Shown here in pieces: positions 22,201 to 35,035 of a stretch of DNA of 64,000 nt. The notes under the pieces were generated by a model that worked only from the letters and a program-made list of their open reading frames with translations, ran no database searches and was not told where the DNA came from. The stretch's first letter is position 1; every line of letters begins with the position of its first letter. Origin of the DNA: Takakia lepidozioides (lineage: Eukaryota; Plantae; Bryophyta). The stretch lies in assembly GCA_030704615.1 (NCBI GenBank), contig CM060734.1:31434001-31498000 (forward strand), written 5' to 3'. The translations under genes and the position numbers were made by a program.

Positions 22201-25200
22201 TCGTTTCCCTTTCAAAAAGAGAAGGAACGAAATGAGATGAAATGGTACTCTATAACGTCTGTGGAAGACAAAATGGAAATGAAATGAAATGAAATGGTAC
22301 TTTATAACGTCCGCGAAAAGCTCATAGAGCTTATGGGACAAAATGGAAACATGAGAGAGGAACAAGTCCAGAAACCACAATTAATGTTCTAGCGAATGTC
22401 AAAGGGTGAAGGCCTCGTGCAGGTAGGCTGCCAAGCATTTTTGATCCTCATAGTGGAAGACATCAGTGAGAGTTTGGGTTCCACTGAATAAACAGTGGAA
22501 TCTCCCACGGATCTCGCAGTATAAAGGGCAGTAGAAGAAGAAGTGTGCTTCGGTTTCGATTTCCTGGCTGCGCCCTATGCAAGCTGGACATAGGCGGTCC
22601 TCCCGTTGCAGGTTTTCCCATCTGCCAGTCTCTATCCGTAGGTTGTGGGAACCCACCCCGAATCGCCCCAATGCCCTCAGGAGGGAAGGAGATAAGGATG
22701 CTGAAAGGTAATTTGGCCTCAAGATTCTATTGTCGCGGAGCACCAAGAATGTCTCTCAATAGAAGTGGAGCTTTGTTGTGAGATTGGGTAGCTTCCAAGT
22801 TCTCTGGACATGTAATTCCATAAGCTCTCTCCTAATGAGTCTGTTGCGGTCATGTCTGGACGTGATGTCCACCTCATCTGGATTCATTGGTAATAGGAAA
22901 GCAGTAGAAAGTCCATTACGTTGAAATAAACTGTCCACTCGAGCATACCAGGAGTTCCTGAAACCTGCAGCTTTGAGCCTCATAGATGTTGTGAGGGCCC
23001 TTGCCACGAGCCCCTTGGGTGGAAGGGCCTGGAAAGAAACACAAGAGAGATGGGACAAAACCAAAGCCAAAGAGCAGCCCAAAAGCAACTACTGCTCAAG
23101 GGATTGCCTAAGGGTCAAGGCCTCGTGCAGGTAAGCTGCCAAGCATTTCTGATCCTCATAATGGAAGACTTCAGTGAGAGATTGAGTCCCATGGAATAGA
23201 CAGTGGAATCTCCCACGGATCTCATAATACAGAGGGCAATAAAAGAAGAAGTGTTCTTCAGTTTCAATTTCCTGGTTGTGCCCGATGCAAGCTGGGCATA
23301 GGCGGTCCTCCCGTTGCAGGTTTTCCCATCTGCCAGTCTCTAACAATAGATTGTGGGAGCCCACCCTGAACCGCCGTAATGCCCTCAGGAGGGAAAGAGA
23401 TAAAGGCACCGAAAGGTAATTGGGCCGCAAGATTCTGTCATCATGGAAATTCAAGAATATCTCTCGATAGAAATGGAGTTTGGTTGTGAGATTGGGTAGC
23501 TTCCAAGTTCTCCTGACATGTAGTTCCATAAGTTCTCTTCTAATGAGTCTGTTGCGATCCTGTTTGAATGTGATTTCCACCCCTTCTGGATTTTGTGGCA
23601 ATAGCGAAGCAAGAGAGAGTCCATTGCGCTCAAAAAAACTGCACACTCAAGCATACCAGGAGTGCTTGAAACCTGCTGTTTTGAGCCTAATAGGTGTTGC
23701 GAGGGCTCTTGCCATGAGCCCCTTGGGTGGAAGGGCGCCAAGCATTGCTTGGAGAAAAGATGACTGTAATGGCTTCAAATTCTTTTCCCACCAGGAGACA
23801 GGGACACCAGGTGCCCAGAACTCACAACCATAGATGGTAGCAGGGCTGACGACGGTGTCAAACAGCCACTTTTTGGTTGGGGGATGACGCAGATGTATTT
23901 GCTTGCATTTGGCCTGAAGGCGGACGGAGGCCGCCTTACCTTTAGTCAATCTGTCCAAGGCAGTGGCTGCAAAGTGAAACTTGGGGGAGTGGATAACCAA
24001 AAAAAAAGAAAGAAAGAAACTTTATAATGTCTACAGAGGGTCACAAGGGCTCATCGAACTAAGGCACAGGGATTGAAAATTTGACAGAGTCAACATGTAT
24101 GCTCACTTCTATGGAATTTGGGGTCCTAATGGTGTGGCAGGAGTACAAGCGGCTGGAGGTCCAGTACAATCTTTTAGTAAGCGGGCAGAAGCAAGCTGAA
24201 CTCCGGGAAGCAGTCCAACATCTGCTGCGGTGGGCATGGAAACGTAACAAAAACTTGGAGGAGCAAGCTGCCCAGCTTCACATGCTCATGGGGTGGGCCC
24301 AGCTTGTGGAGGTGAAGTACACCCTTCTCTGTCTGTTCTCACTATTACAGTTTTTTTGTTTATTATGTGACCTGTAAGCTCTTTGGGCTAGTGGAAAGTA
24401 AAGTCTGTTGAATTCTGTAAGCTATGGTAATCATCTTATGATGGTATTAAAAGGGTTGAATTTGAATTTTGGCATGTCACTCAATACTCATCTGATCGTG
24501 TTTGGTTCATGAAGTAGAGAATGGCTTACAACTTGATTTATCCCTGTCCAGGTGGCAATTTCGAGGAGATTCAATTTCCTGGGCAGCTGTTCACATATCC
24601 TGTTTGAGTGAGTTACTTGGACACTGTTCAATGTTTTCCAATTGACAGGGATGAGTTTTTATGGGGCCATTACCTGATCATTAGGAAGGATAATTTGGCT
24701 GGGTTTGGAGGAGACTTGGGAGCAATTTCGTGGTTTGCCAACATCGCGCTTGTTGTTGTGCAATTAAAGTTTGTTCTGGGGTGTTCTGCTTTCTTGGAAA
24801 ACTATAAATGGTATTGGAGTTGAAGTTTGTTCTGGGCTGGTTCTCCTTTCCTTGGTATAGCCTGAAAAATAACTTCAACTGGGTCTGTGTTTGTACTTCA
24901 CAACTTTGTTGGCCGGTGCTTCATTTGCCGCTATAACCACGAAATCGGCTCAGTTAGTATGGTAGTTTATGACCAGTTCAAAGAGACTGCTGGGGGAGAC
25001 TTGAGATGCATTGACTACTGTGCAAATTTGTTAGATATATTCAAATGATAGCTATCTTGACAATCACCCTGTTCTCAAAATCTGCTGCTAGCTGACCATG
25101 ATGTCAATTTGTCAAGCATTGCATGTTCCGTAGTGGAGAGTGCTCAGGGTAATGAGCCACTTATGTGGAGGTATTTGTGGCTGTTCTAACCCCTATATTG

Positions 25201-28200
25201 TTTGCTCCAGGATCCTGGATGCCTCTCTGAGTGCCACTATATCACCAGACTGCTCTCTCCGCATGGCATTCTCGCTTAGTCAAGTAAGCAGGCTGCATGA
25301 CTCCCAAACTTATCTTTCCTGTGATCATCTTGTGTTTCTAGCTGACATGTCAACTTCAGGTAGTCTCAGCAGAAAAAGGACCATGTGAGAACACAATGTT
25401 TGCAAAGCGTGTGGAAGGTGAAACTACCACATTATCATAAATATCTCCTCACTTTGTAGGTGGCTTTGACAAGCATGGCGAAGCTCCAAGAACAGAGCAT
25501 CATTTCACCTGGGGAAGGTGAAAGCACGGATGATGTCACTTGCCTTGATTTACTCTCAACGGTTCGGCTGTCCAACAGTGCATGCCACACTATTCTGTCC
25601 AAACTTGTGGCCTCTATTCTCCGGCATGACTCGTCTGAGAGTTTACGTCGCAGGTACTCTGCATTTGGCACAGTGACCTTCTGTTTCGGTTTGAAAATGT
25701 TTGAGCTCTGTCATTTCCTGTTAGTTCACAGTGGATTCACATCATTCAGAGGCAGTATTACAAGGAGATCCATAGTAGCATGGTTTCTGAAGCTTATTCT
25801 CTATAAGGGGATGGGATCTGCAATATGGGTTGATAACTCCAACCAGGCTAAGTCTCTAGAATCCATTCAAGTGGGGGTGCTTAAGTAGTGTATGTCAGCA
25901 TGCTCCAAAACAGCCAATGTGGCTGTTCGGGGTGAGTTTGGCATTCCGTCCTTAAGCTCCCGAATTCAAGGTCAGATGGTGGGGTCAGCTGCAACATATG
26001 TCCAACACCAGATATCCTAAGTTAATCGACTCTATATCTTGGAAACAGGACCGCCCTGTCAAACAGGCTAAGTCCTGGCAGAAGAGAGTAGAAGAGATTC
26101 TCAAGGACCTGGACCTGGAACCGCAAGTCTTGACCCTGCTGGATAAATCTGACTTAGAGGCTGTAGTGTCCAAAGCCATGTCTGTTGCCATGAGATTGTC
26201 TGATGAAAATGAAGTTAGGCAGAAAACTTCCCTTAACTTGTTTCCAGTCAGTGACATGGGGGATTACATCTTGGATGACCTCAAGGGTCTACCCTCTCTC
26301 GGCACTAGACTGAAATTTAAACTCAGGGCAGGAAGCCTACCTTTGAACAGCAAACAGAAGCAGAGAGGAAAGGGAGAGTGCAATTGCCCGTTGTGTGGGT
26401 AACCTGAAGACAGTATTCATTTTCTGATACACTGTCCGGGGTTCTCTCACCAAAGAGACGCTCTCTTCAAATCTATCAAGGGATTTGTGCCTGTACCTCT
26501 GTTTACCAACTTTGAAAGTCTTGAGGCTGAGCCAAAAGCCCAGGCCCTCCTGAGGCCTAGTTTTTGGGCAAATCACACACAGCAGATTGATGCTTGTGTG
26601 AAGGGTTTTCTAGAGGATATCTGGAAAACCCGGATTAATTCTATATATGAAGGTTCTTACTACCAACGTCAGCCCCTGACAGAGGTAGGTTCTGTCCCTT
26701 TTGTTTCCGCTCAAACTGGGCGCGGGGTCAATGGCCACAAGGGTACGGCAAACAACGTCTTATGAGTACAATCTATAAGGCCATCTCTACATAGACCACA
26801 TGGGCCTTGGTGACGCGTCACGCTACCTTGACATAATTGGTGTTAATTGCAACTTAGGGAGATACTCTGAAGAAAAAAATTTAGTGCGCAGAAAATACAG
26901 GTTGCAGAACTATAACTCATCTAAAGGGAAGCCCATATGTGTTTTGGGTGAGGCAGGCAGTATGCAACACTCCTCAGCTACTTCCACTATTGCCAAGGCA
27001 TGGTAAACCGTGATCTTCCGGTGTCAGTCATGCGAACTCTCTTGGTTGAAGGACGGGATGGCGAGGAGGATACAGAGATTGAAAAGGTAAACACAACAGC
27101 TGTTATCTATCCTTTCAAGAGCATATCTTGCATAATTCAATGTTTTGAATATGCTTTTTGATTTTGGTCGGCAGTACAGAGGCAAATCACAGCTATAAAT
27201 GTAAAGTCTGGTCGTTGTTTTGATCTTTCCACAGAGGGTGACACAGAGAGTTTTGATACACTGGAGCTGTCCTTAAACATTTAGTCCATGGTCCTCTGAA
27301 AGAAAAGGACAAAGTGAGATGGACAGTGGGAGAGCACATAAACTAGCAATATAGCACATGGGTTATGTGTTTTCAAGGGGGAAGGGGGGGGTGAGGTGCT
27401 GTTCAAGTTTTCTTTTATTGGTGATGATGGCTATGGAAATCAGTGCAAATTTTGTTATCCACTGTTGGGGGAGGATTGTTAGTTGCTAAGTGGACTTGGC
27501 TTTCAGCTGATCGTGTACTGTGACTTTGTGGTTGTATGCAGCTGGACAGGAACCAGGCAGAGCTTGCTCAAGTTAACTTTTCAATCCTCAAACGAGATGC
27601 AACAGCTCTCATTGATGTGGTATTGTTCCTGGCTTCTACGCGAATGAAGTTCTGTAGCCTAGTCTGCAGAATAATCTCTAGTTTTTCTTATCCCTGTATT
27701 TTACTTGCATGTACCAAGGTGATGTATCTTTCAACAGAATGTGCGGTGTGAGTTGCAATTTTGACACTCACATCTTGGGGTACTTAACAACATTGTATGG
27801 GATACAGGTGGCAAAAGATGCAACACATGGCAGTGAGGTGGGTAAAGCAATGGCGTATTATGTATTGGACGCTCTGGTTGCAGTTGATCATCATCAAGTC
27901 TTTCTGAGCCAGCTTCAGAGCCGTGGTTTGCTGCACTCATGCTTGTCTGATCTCAGCAGCAACTCTTATCAAGTATGCTAACACATATCTCCAACTGCTC
28001 TTACTGAATTTGTGGGATTGAGTTTGTTTGTCATGTTGCAGAGAAGAGTCCCTTCACGATACAATCTGACAATTGAAGTTCGAACCTCCATTTGCTAATG
28101 ATCTCCCCATTGTTGGGCTAATTTGCAGGCAATACTTCTTCCGTCATCTGAATCGTTGCGTCGTCTATATACCCTAGAATCAGAGCTAGCATTGCTGCTA

Positions 28201-31200
28201 CGAGTGGGCTTCCACAACAGGAAACGTGGGGTGCAGACCCTTTATGCAATGGGGACTCTTCGTCATCTTTCCTCTTGCCGGGCTGTTGACGCTCACCTTA
28301 CAGTAAGAGCTCCTTCTTTTGTGAATGTCTTGGAAGCAAGCAAATCACCACCTTCAGGGGACATGAGATAGCTGAAGGGAACTGATTCAAATATCAAGAT
28401 AACCATTACATTGGTAATGACCTTTTGCTGAGATGAGTGGTGAGGCTGGGTAGGACAATGCCAAGTGGGAGCAAGTGAAGATTGGGGTGGGCATGCCCAG
28501 TCAGCACGACCGTCAACACCAGCTTGTCTCACCGGTTCTTCGCTTGGTGCTCTGTTTCACCTCCCTTGTTGACACATCGGAATCAATAGCTATGGTACGT
28601 AAAGCTGGTCTGTTCTCTTTTTCTTTTGCCCTTCATCACTTCAATTCCCTTTCTCTTTACTTCGACTGACCCGGCCTCATCCCTACTGTGTCAAAACCAA
28701 GGGTGTGTGGAAATCTTTTCCAAGCACAACAGGATAGACTTAGTAGGCAAGAGCCGAAGGAACTCCCATGTGAAGTGGACCTGGAGATCGGCGACCCCCC
28801 TCACCACTAAGTTACCCTTCCATTGAGAGAACTTCCTTGCCCTCCAAGAGACTGGCGTGGATAAGCTGCAGTGTGCCAAACATGCTTGCTCTTGGCAGAT
28901 GCCTTCAGCTCTTTCGACCGAAAGTGCCTAATGCATGAGATACTCTGTCTGAGAGCTATTGAGAAAATCCTGTATTGCAGCAGTGTCTTTTGAGTACATT
29001 TGGGCTTTGATTTGTTCTTTAGTGGCTATTTCTCTACCGTGCATGGGCCTGAGGGAAGGCTCTTTCTCTCAATGAAGAGGGTTAAGGTTTTGCAGGGTCG
29101 AGATGAAGTGGCACTGGAAATAATTGACTTTATAAAGTCACATCAGGGTCTCCTGGATCGTATTTTGAGAGATGATACACCAGGTGTGCAGCTTGCTGAT
29201 TTGGATGAGCTCCAGCTGGTCACTGGGATCCTGAGTAAGGTGAGCTATCATTTCCACTAGGTCAATGAAACTTTTCATGTTTTGAAATGGCAGACTTTCC
29301 ATATATTGTAAGTGTCAATTCACTTTCGCAGCAAATAAAGCACTTGAATGCTCATATTGTGTACCAGCCAGGTTTGAAGAGATGTTGGTGGATCTGGTGG
29401 CAGGTGTGGCCGGTGGAAGAGTCTCCTGATTTTGGGTACACACAAGCTCTTTTCAATCTGGCCTATATTTACTTCTGTCCAGACACAGAGTCCCGGAGCC
29501 GGTTTGTACAGCACATTCGAGAATCAGAGCGGACCGCAGAATTCTCGTCGGGAGCTCGTGAGGTGATGTTTGTACTGTCACGATTGAGATGTTGAAAATC
29601 AGTCAGGGTTGTAGAGATATGCAGCTGCTGGTTGACATAGTGAATCTGCAATACTGCACTTCTTGACCGTTCTTGAATTCGAAGATAAAGCATGTGCACA
29701 ATCACTGCAATCACCTTGCAATTTTTTTTTCCTTCAGTTTGCCGTGGACTGCTCATACAGTGACTTGCTCCGAGTGCAATACTGGTTGTTGGAGCATCTC
29801 TGCTCCTTGCTTGTTTCTTAGTTTGTGGTTGCCAGGTTGACTGTTGCTGGCATGTATCTATGCTGCTCTGGTGTGCTCTGTATTTGTTGGCTGGTGAATG
29901 ATAGTTTGGATGTTTCAGTTTGGTGACAATGTACAAAGCTATTTTTTGCTTTTGTCTGCAAAGCCCAGAATGTTGATGGTTTTCGTGGATGAATGAAACA
30001 GAATGCGAGGAAAATGGAGCTGCTTGTGGCTCGTGTGCGCTGCAACCTCATAGCGCATTTGTACACCCTGGTCACCAAGCAAGGCCTACGCCTTCACATC
30101 TCTAAGCCAGATGTATGCTGTCCTTCTCTCTTGTGTTAATCTTTGGCATTTTCAGACTTTGTCAGGGTACAGTGTTACCAGTGAAGGTTTCTGAAGGAAC
30201 AGAAAACACTGGGAAGTAGCTTTGTTACAGGAAAAAATTTGTGTGGGTCTTGGTGTTATCCTTCATCTCCTGTATCCACATTTTTCCCACTTTCCAAAAC
30301 CTCGAGTTTTTCTCAGATCTCATATCCCTTCAGATCGAAAAAGTTATGTCTCGTCACTCGAAACGAAGTCACTATTTACTAGCAGGAACAAATGTTTATA
30401 AGAATTTTGTAAGGATAGTAATCTGTTTTGACGGGTGGCAGATTGGAGAGACAATGGCAATGGGGCCCTACAATTTGGGGCGGCAAAGACAGCCTACGTT
30501 GAAGCTTGTTGCGGATCTCCTCCAGCAGGCCTCCTTGGACCTGGAGTCGGCCTTGGAAGAGAAAGCGTTACTATTGGCTAAGGTAAGGGTTGTGCTTTGG
30601 TGTATTGATTGAGGGTCTCACTGTTTGGAGTTCTGTTAGCATAAGGCAAATGAAGTGTTTGGTGGCATTTTCACACTGCATTCTAACTTTACTGTGTGGA
30701 TTCCTCCATCTGATCGTCGCCACTTGCTGGTACTAATAGTTGCCAGAAAGCTTCGATCGCCATGGTGTTTTCTTATGTGAAGTGGCACTTTTCTTCTCTC
30801 TTGCAGTTAGTTCATAGCACATGAAAGATCATCTCAGTTGCTGCAGGATCCTACTGGGTTGGACAATTAGTGACTTTCTATCAAGAGAAATAACTGCCAG
30901 TGGATCACATTTGTGTTAAATACTGCAGAAAGTTGGACAGGCCCTCAGAGTCCTGAAAGAAGCAGAATATATCACATGCTGTAGGACCCAAGTGCCTTTG
31001 GCACCAAAAGAAGCTTAGAATGATATTTTATTACTGAAGTATGATAAAGGTCTAATGGACAAGAACAGTAGGTACTCATAAGACGTTGTTTGCCGTAGCC
31101 TTGTGGCCATAGATCTCCGGTCTGATGGACAGAAACAGAGAGAATATACTCATAAGACGTTGTTTGCCGTAGCCTTGTGGCCGTTGACCCCGTGCCCAGT

Positions 31201-32605
31201 TTGAGCGGAACACAAAGGGACAGAAACTACCTTTGACAGGGGCTGACGCTGGTAGTATGACTTACAGAAAACAGAGAGAGACATGGAAAGAGGTAATATG
31301 CTGGAATTGAATCTCAAAGATTGACAGTTGGTTGGTGACAGTTGCAAGATGTGAATGAGCTCTCTCGTCATGAGGTGGATGAGATCATCAAAGCTTATCG
31401 CCGGCAAGAACAGACCGACCCTGCAGATAGCATCCGTAAGAGGTAACCTGGACGAAATGCATATAAGATGTGTTCCTTGTTTTCTTCCCCGACAAGAAAA
31501 GTTTTCAATTGTTGTGGCGTACATTAACTGCATCTGTCGCAGAATTATGACTTCGGTCATGGTTGGGCTGGCACTATGTACATCATTGCAGGAGGTATGT
31601 GGCTATGGTGGAGATGTGTAGTGCTGCTGGAAGTCGTGAGTGCCAGGTGGCCTCACTTCTGTTCCTTGTGGAGCATGCTTTCGAAATCTTGTACCTGCAT
31701 TTTGAGAGGTCAGCATGCTAACCTGTAGCAGTAACAGTCCTATTTAGCACACGAGCTAGGTCCACATGCGTAAAGGATTTATTCCATGTGAGACCCAGTG
31801 ATTTTGTTTCTGGCCATTCACAATGTCCACCTGGGAGATTATGGTGATGATCTACTCATTGTACGTCCCTTGCCATAGCCTTGTGGCCATGGTGCCCTTG
31901 CGCAGTGAGCGAAAGAGAAAGAAAGAAGGGAACTTGAGGACACCAGGCCCTGAGGGCCCATTGGAGAAGGTTCAAGAAGCAATAGTCTGCTAGCAGAATG
32001 AACTGATTGATGGAAGTTCGCTGGATAAACAAAGAGATGGGCACATTCGATATCAAAGACAGAGATAGAGGCGGACAGATTAACAGGGACCTGGAATTTG
32101 CAGGCAAGGGTAAGAGTGTGCTTTAATGCAACCATGATCTTGTTATGTGTTGATGTAGGTTGACAAGACCAGTAAGTAGACAGGGCAGAGTTGAGGTTGG
32201 ACTGGAGGCTCAGTGGTCCAGCGGCCAGAAGGAGGATGTACAGTTGGTCAGTGAAAAGCTGCTTCCTGTGTTTGAGAGACTGGAGGGCATCAATGAGGTT
32301 AGACATCGTTGAACTATGACTCTCTCATCAGTGATTTGATCTCAAGTTGAGTTGCACATTGCACTGGCAACTTAAATAATCCTTCCACGAAGTTGAGTTT
32401 CGACACATCCACTGGGTAGATTGGTTGGCGGTAGATGGAGTTTCCTTGGTTAATCTCTGAAAGATCTGTTGGACACCCAACCGAGATTATGTGGACTTCA
32501 TATTTGGTTGTGCAGGAGAGGGTTGGCCGGAGTATGAAGCACTTGCAGCGGCTTGTTCACTCACTGAAGTCACAAATTTTGCTTGTCTTCCCATCAGAGA
32601 CTTGA
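7242..32605 (+). CDS. NUP205: Nuclear pore complex protein NUP205 (about 45 coding exons, about 1,900 aa)
   Basis: Exons join in frame with GT/GC-AG boundaries. 5' exons: 7242-7379 MVSYRRLL..FQSFLQYP, 8751-8846 VPKGEDRAQVSSKEVRLPNAPPTILDDQDAHI, 9383-9457 ALKLSDDFHLNEIDCVSMLVAAHQE, 9571-9675 RNLLGREPLEVLRLAAGLWFTERR. Internal peptides include VYDMTFELNEVEARQEEYPSTLSYLKLLN, WRPIYQ/PLDGILSHD, QRAWLLKLVALELH and LLRWAWKRNKNLEEQAAQLHML. 3' exons: 32159-32297 ..SEKLLPVFERLEGINE and 32516-32605 ERVGRSMKHLQRL..SET*. These match plant NUP205 as recalled. Confidence 0.95.
7758..7766 (+). promoter_or_regulatory. Telo-box (AAACCCTAA) in NUP205 intron 1
   Basis: Exact AAACCCTAA motif near the 5' end of a housekeeping gene. 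Function is inferred only. Confidence 0.25.
10606..10635 (+). mobile_element. 30-bp 3'-terminal micro-insertion of LINE family A
   Basis: AGGCTATGCAAACAACATCTTATGAGTACA between a perfect 14-bp direct repeat TTCTTTCTGTCTTT (10592-10605, 10636-10649). Confidence 0.8.
11250..11710 (-). mobile_element. Degenerate LINE family B 3' fragment, interrupted by a family A insertion
   Basis: The minus strand reads ..QSFTEVFHYEDQ..LAAYLHEAL, as in 23089-23200. The family B 3' UTR motif GAAACTTATAATGTCCATGG lies at about 11255. Confidence 0.6.
11593..11662 (+). mobile_element. About 70-bp 3'-terminal insertion of LINE family A
   Basis: CTCAAACTGGGCGCGGGGTCAATGGCCACAAGGCTACGGCAAACAACGTCTTATGAGTACA flanked by a 21-bp TSD TCTGATCCTCATAATGGAACA (11572-11592, 11663-11683). 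Confidence 0.85.
12457..12517 (-). mobile_element. Degenerate family A 3'-terminal insertion
   Basis: ATGTACTCATAAGAC..GTAGCCTTGTGGCCATAGAGGCCGTGCCCAGTTTG is the reverse complement of the family A end. Confidence 0.7.
18745..19565 (+). mobile_element. LINE family B fragment (RTE/RTEX-like) with RT YADD motif, preceded by a short family B tail
   Basis: LLYADDVVLL (YADD at 18842-18853), VNLNKTKI, YTQYLGLVIHSPKF, WLFDSVVTPATTYGCEYW. Homologous to 23550-24000 on the minus strand. The tail GGACGTTATAAAGTACC(ATTTC)n lies at 18767-18798. Confidence 0.85.
19928..19966 (-). mobile_element. 39-bp family A micro-insertion
   Basis: ATGTACTCATAAGATGTTGTTTGCCGTAGCCTTGTGGCC flanked by a perfect 19-bp TSD AGAGGCTCTCAGTTTGATA (19909-19927, 19967-19985). 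Confidence 0.9.
22218..24058 (-). mobile_element. Head-to-tail cluster of 5'-truncated LINE family B (RTE/RTEX-like) copies in a NUP205 intron
   Basis: Two ORF2 C-terminal remnants (about 22275-23030 and 23035-24000) encode RFRVGSHNLRIETGRW..RLCPAC..IETEEHFFFYCPLY (CCHC). The 3' UTR ends GTTATAAAGTAC(CATTT)n. Additional isolated 3' tails lie at about 22218-22262 and 24001-24058. Confidence 0.9.
25810..26770 (+). mobile_element. Longest 5'-truncated copy of LINE family A (RTEX-like ORF2 C-terminus)
   Basis: Interrupted ORF: ANVAVRGEFGIPSL.., KFKLRAGSLPLN..CNCPLCG*PEDSIHFLIHCP (CCHC), ending GRGVNGHKGTANNVL* followed by only GTACA. TSD-like TCTATAAGG at about 25800 and 26772. Confidence 0.85.
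31072..31262 (-). mobile_element. Two adjacent family A 3' insertions
   Basis: TACTCATAAGACGTTGTTTGCCGTAGCCTTGTGGCC occurs at about 31073 and 31147. Each has imperfect direct flanks (GGTCTAATGGACAAGAACAG/GGTCTGATGGACAGAAACAG and ACAGAAACAGAGAGA/ACAGAAAACAGAGAGA). Confidence 0.85.
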
Positions 32606-35035
32606 TGAGTCCCATCCTCTCCCTCCCTGGTGAGTGTGGCAGTGAATGCCTATGAAGGACTGCTCTAGATGTGCATATCCTTTCCAAATCTTGCTAGTAA
32701 AATGACACTTTCTCTTTCAGACTGGAAAGCTTTTGAAAATACTCTCTCCTGACATGCTTTCCACCAAGACTTCCTTTGGTTCTTCATAGTCCTACCCATT
32801 ACCCAGGAGGGCTCGAGAGGATGTTTGGAACGTGGTGCTTTGAAACACCTCATTGCAAAACTACGTTGCAGGGGAATAAGACGGAGTGTCCGCGCAGTAC
32901 CTGAAGATGCTCTTCTTTAAAAGGTTGAAGTTGTAATAGAAGTGGTATTATCATGTCCCTCCTGGCAGTTTGGTTCCTTGCAGTTAAGCTAGTCAGCTTA
33001 GTTATTGGTCTACTGCCGGTCTGGTGTGTTAAGAAGAGCGTGGTTCTGAGTTATAGAAGGGATGGGGCAATTTCTGTTTTCTAGGCTTGGAAAATTAAGT
33101 TTTGAAGTAAAGAACCTGACAGATCATTTTGACGGCGAGAGTTGAATGAAGCACCCCAAGAATCTATTTTTGACCAGTGTATCAAAATGATAAACTATTT
33201 TCACTATGTTGAAGAGACGAAATATTGAACTCTGTGTCTAGCTTATCACAGTCTTGGGAGCACTACCTGTAGTCTAGCGTGTTAGTCTCGAGAGTGAAGT
33301 CAGAAAATGTGTATACATTGAGAATGGTTGGGACTGAATTTCTTATGATTACAAGCTCTGCCATTAAGGGCAAAGTGTCACAATGCACTGTAGTCTTCTG
33401 TGAATGAGACATTTGTCTTGTCTTAAATTCCATGAATCCCTTCCATGCATCTGTTAAGTATCCTACAATAGTGAGAGGAAATTTAGCTCTCTTTTTCCGT
33501 TCAATTAAAACCGAATGTATCTCACTTCCATTGTCCAAAGTTGTTCAGAAAATCCCTCTGACTGTCTAGGTGGATACAAACGAGAGAGCTCTCCAAAGTA
33601 TTGAGCCCATAAGGACTCCCTATGAAGGAACCTATATTTAGTATGAGGATTGTAATACACAAAGGGCTGCAGTGGATGAGCATCCAAGCCCCTGTGTCTG
33701 TACTAGACAGAGACCCTATCCTCATGGTTACCATCTGTTTTCTAAGTACATCATTGGTTTCGCACACATTATATTGAAGATGGAGGAAGGTGATATAATC
33801 GACAAAAACACACTAGAGAATGAGATTTGGAAATCATTTTGCATATCACAATAAATGCGAGAAGCACAAATTTTGGTAGTCTGTATAGGAATATGAAGAA
33901 AGAGATGGCCGAAACATTTGTCAATAGAAGGCCAAACTCAAAATAGCATGAAAAAGCACCGCCAACGCCTTTCATCCCGTCTTCCTCCATGCTCATCCGG
34001 CGTCCCACCATGGGACACGTGGATGAGCCTGGCGCGGGGCCCACGCTCCCATCAGGTTGACCCTTGCGACCTTTCCACCTGGCACAAGGGTAGGTGGCAC
34101 AAGGGTAGGCTGTCCCCACTTTGTTCCACTCCTGCCCACTTTACTCGACTTGTGCCCAATTTACTTGTGCCCAATTTACTCGACTTTAGGGATAGCCTCA
34201 AACTACCCACTAGACTCGCATGTGGGGATGGATCACAGGGTGCAACAGGGTGGGACTTCACGGATAACTTTAACATGTGTACAAAAGGATATCCTCAACT
34301 ATCTTTCCCTAGTATTGCCTCACATATCCTCATGGTTACATCATCATTGCTTTTGCACACGTAAGATTGAAGATGAAGATGCAGGAATGTGATATAATTG
34401 CCAGAGCATTTGTTGCAAAAGTATCATGTAAGGACGAATGTCAAATTTTTGATGTTTGTAGTTTGAATATGAGCATCTTCTCTTCAGCTAACAATTGAAA
34501 AACTCCTTGAATGCAATAGTTGACTGAATGTCCCCTATAGATACTGGGCTCGCATGGGCAAAAATTCTCAGTGTGGCACTGAGGCCTGATGCCATAGAGA
34601 ATATTATCATGGGGGCTATAGCAAGACTCTCATTGAGTGGGCATATGGGCACTTGTGTATCTACCTCTCCAGGAATTGTTTGATTGAAGTTCTAGTGAAG
34701 CTTGGTCCTAGGAAGTCTCACTAATGTGCGTGTAAATGGCTGGGGATTTGCTGGTTGATAGGGAAAATATTCTTCTTCAGGTAAGAGTTGAAATCTTACG
34801 ACCTATAGGGTGGTTCATGGCATGTCAGGGCTCTTGCCTTAATCCACCACCTATGCGAGTGGAGGGTAACTTGAGCCCTAAGTTCTTGGAGGCAGTGATG
34901 AAAGTAGACCCCTCGATCTAGATGGCTGCCATCCCACCCTTTAGCAGCATGATGTCATTGGGTGGAAACTGGTGTTTCTTTCTGCAACCCTTACACTATG
35001 TATACTAGTGGGGCTTGTGCTTAGAGAGACAGAGG

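Noticed and set aside
31050-31190. Two identical 36-nt repeats separated by a spacer of about 38 nt, superficially CRISPR-like
   Set aside because: They are two adjacent LINE 3'-end insertions in a eukaryotic intron. There are only two units and no cas genes.
31896-31993. Candidate NUP205 exon after GCGCAG
   Set aside because: It reaches a stop and lacks similarity. Exon 32159-32297 fits both phase and conserved sequence.
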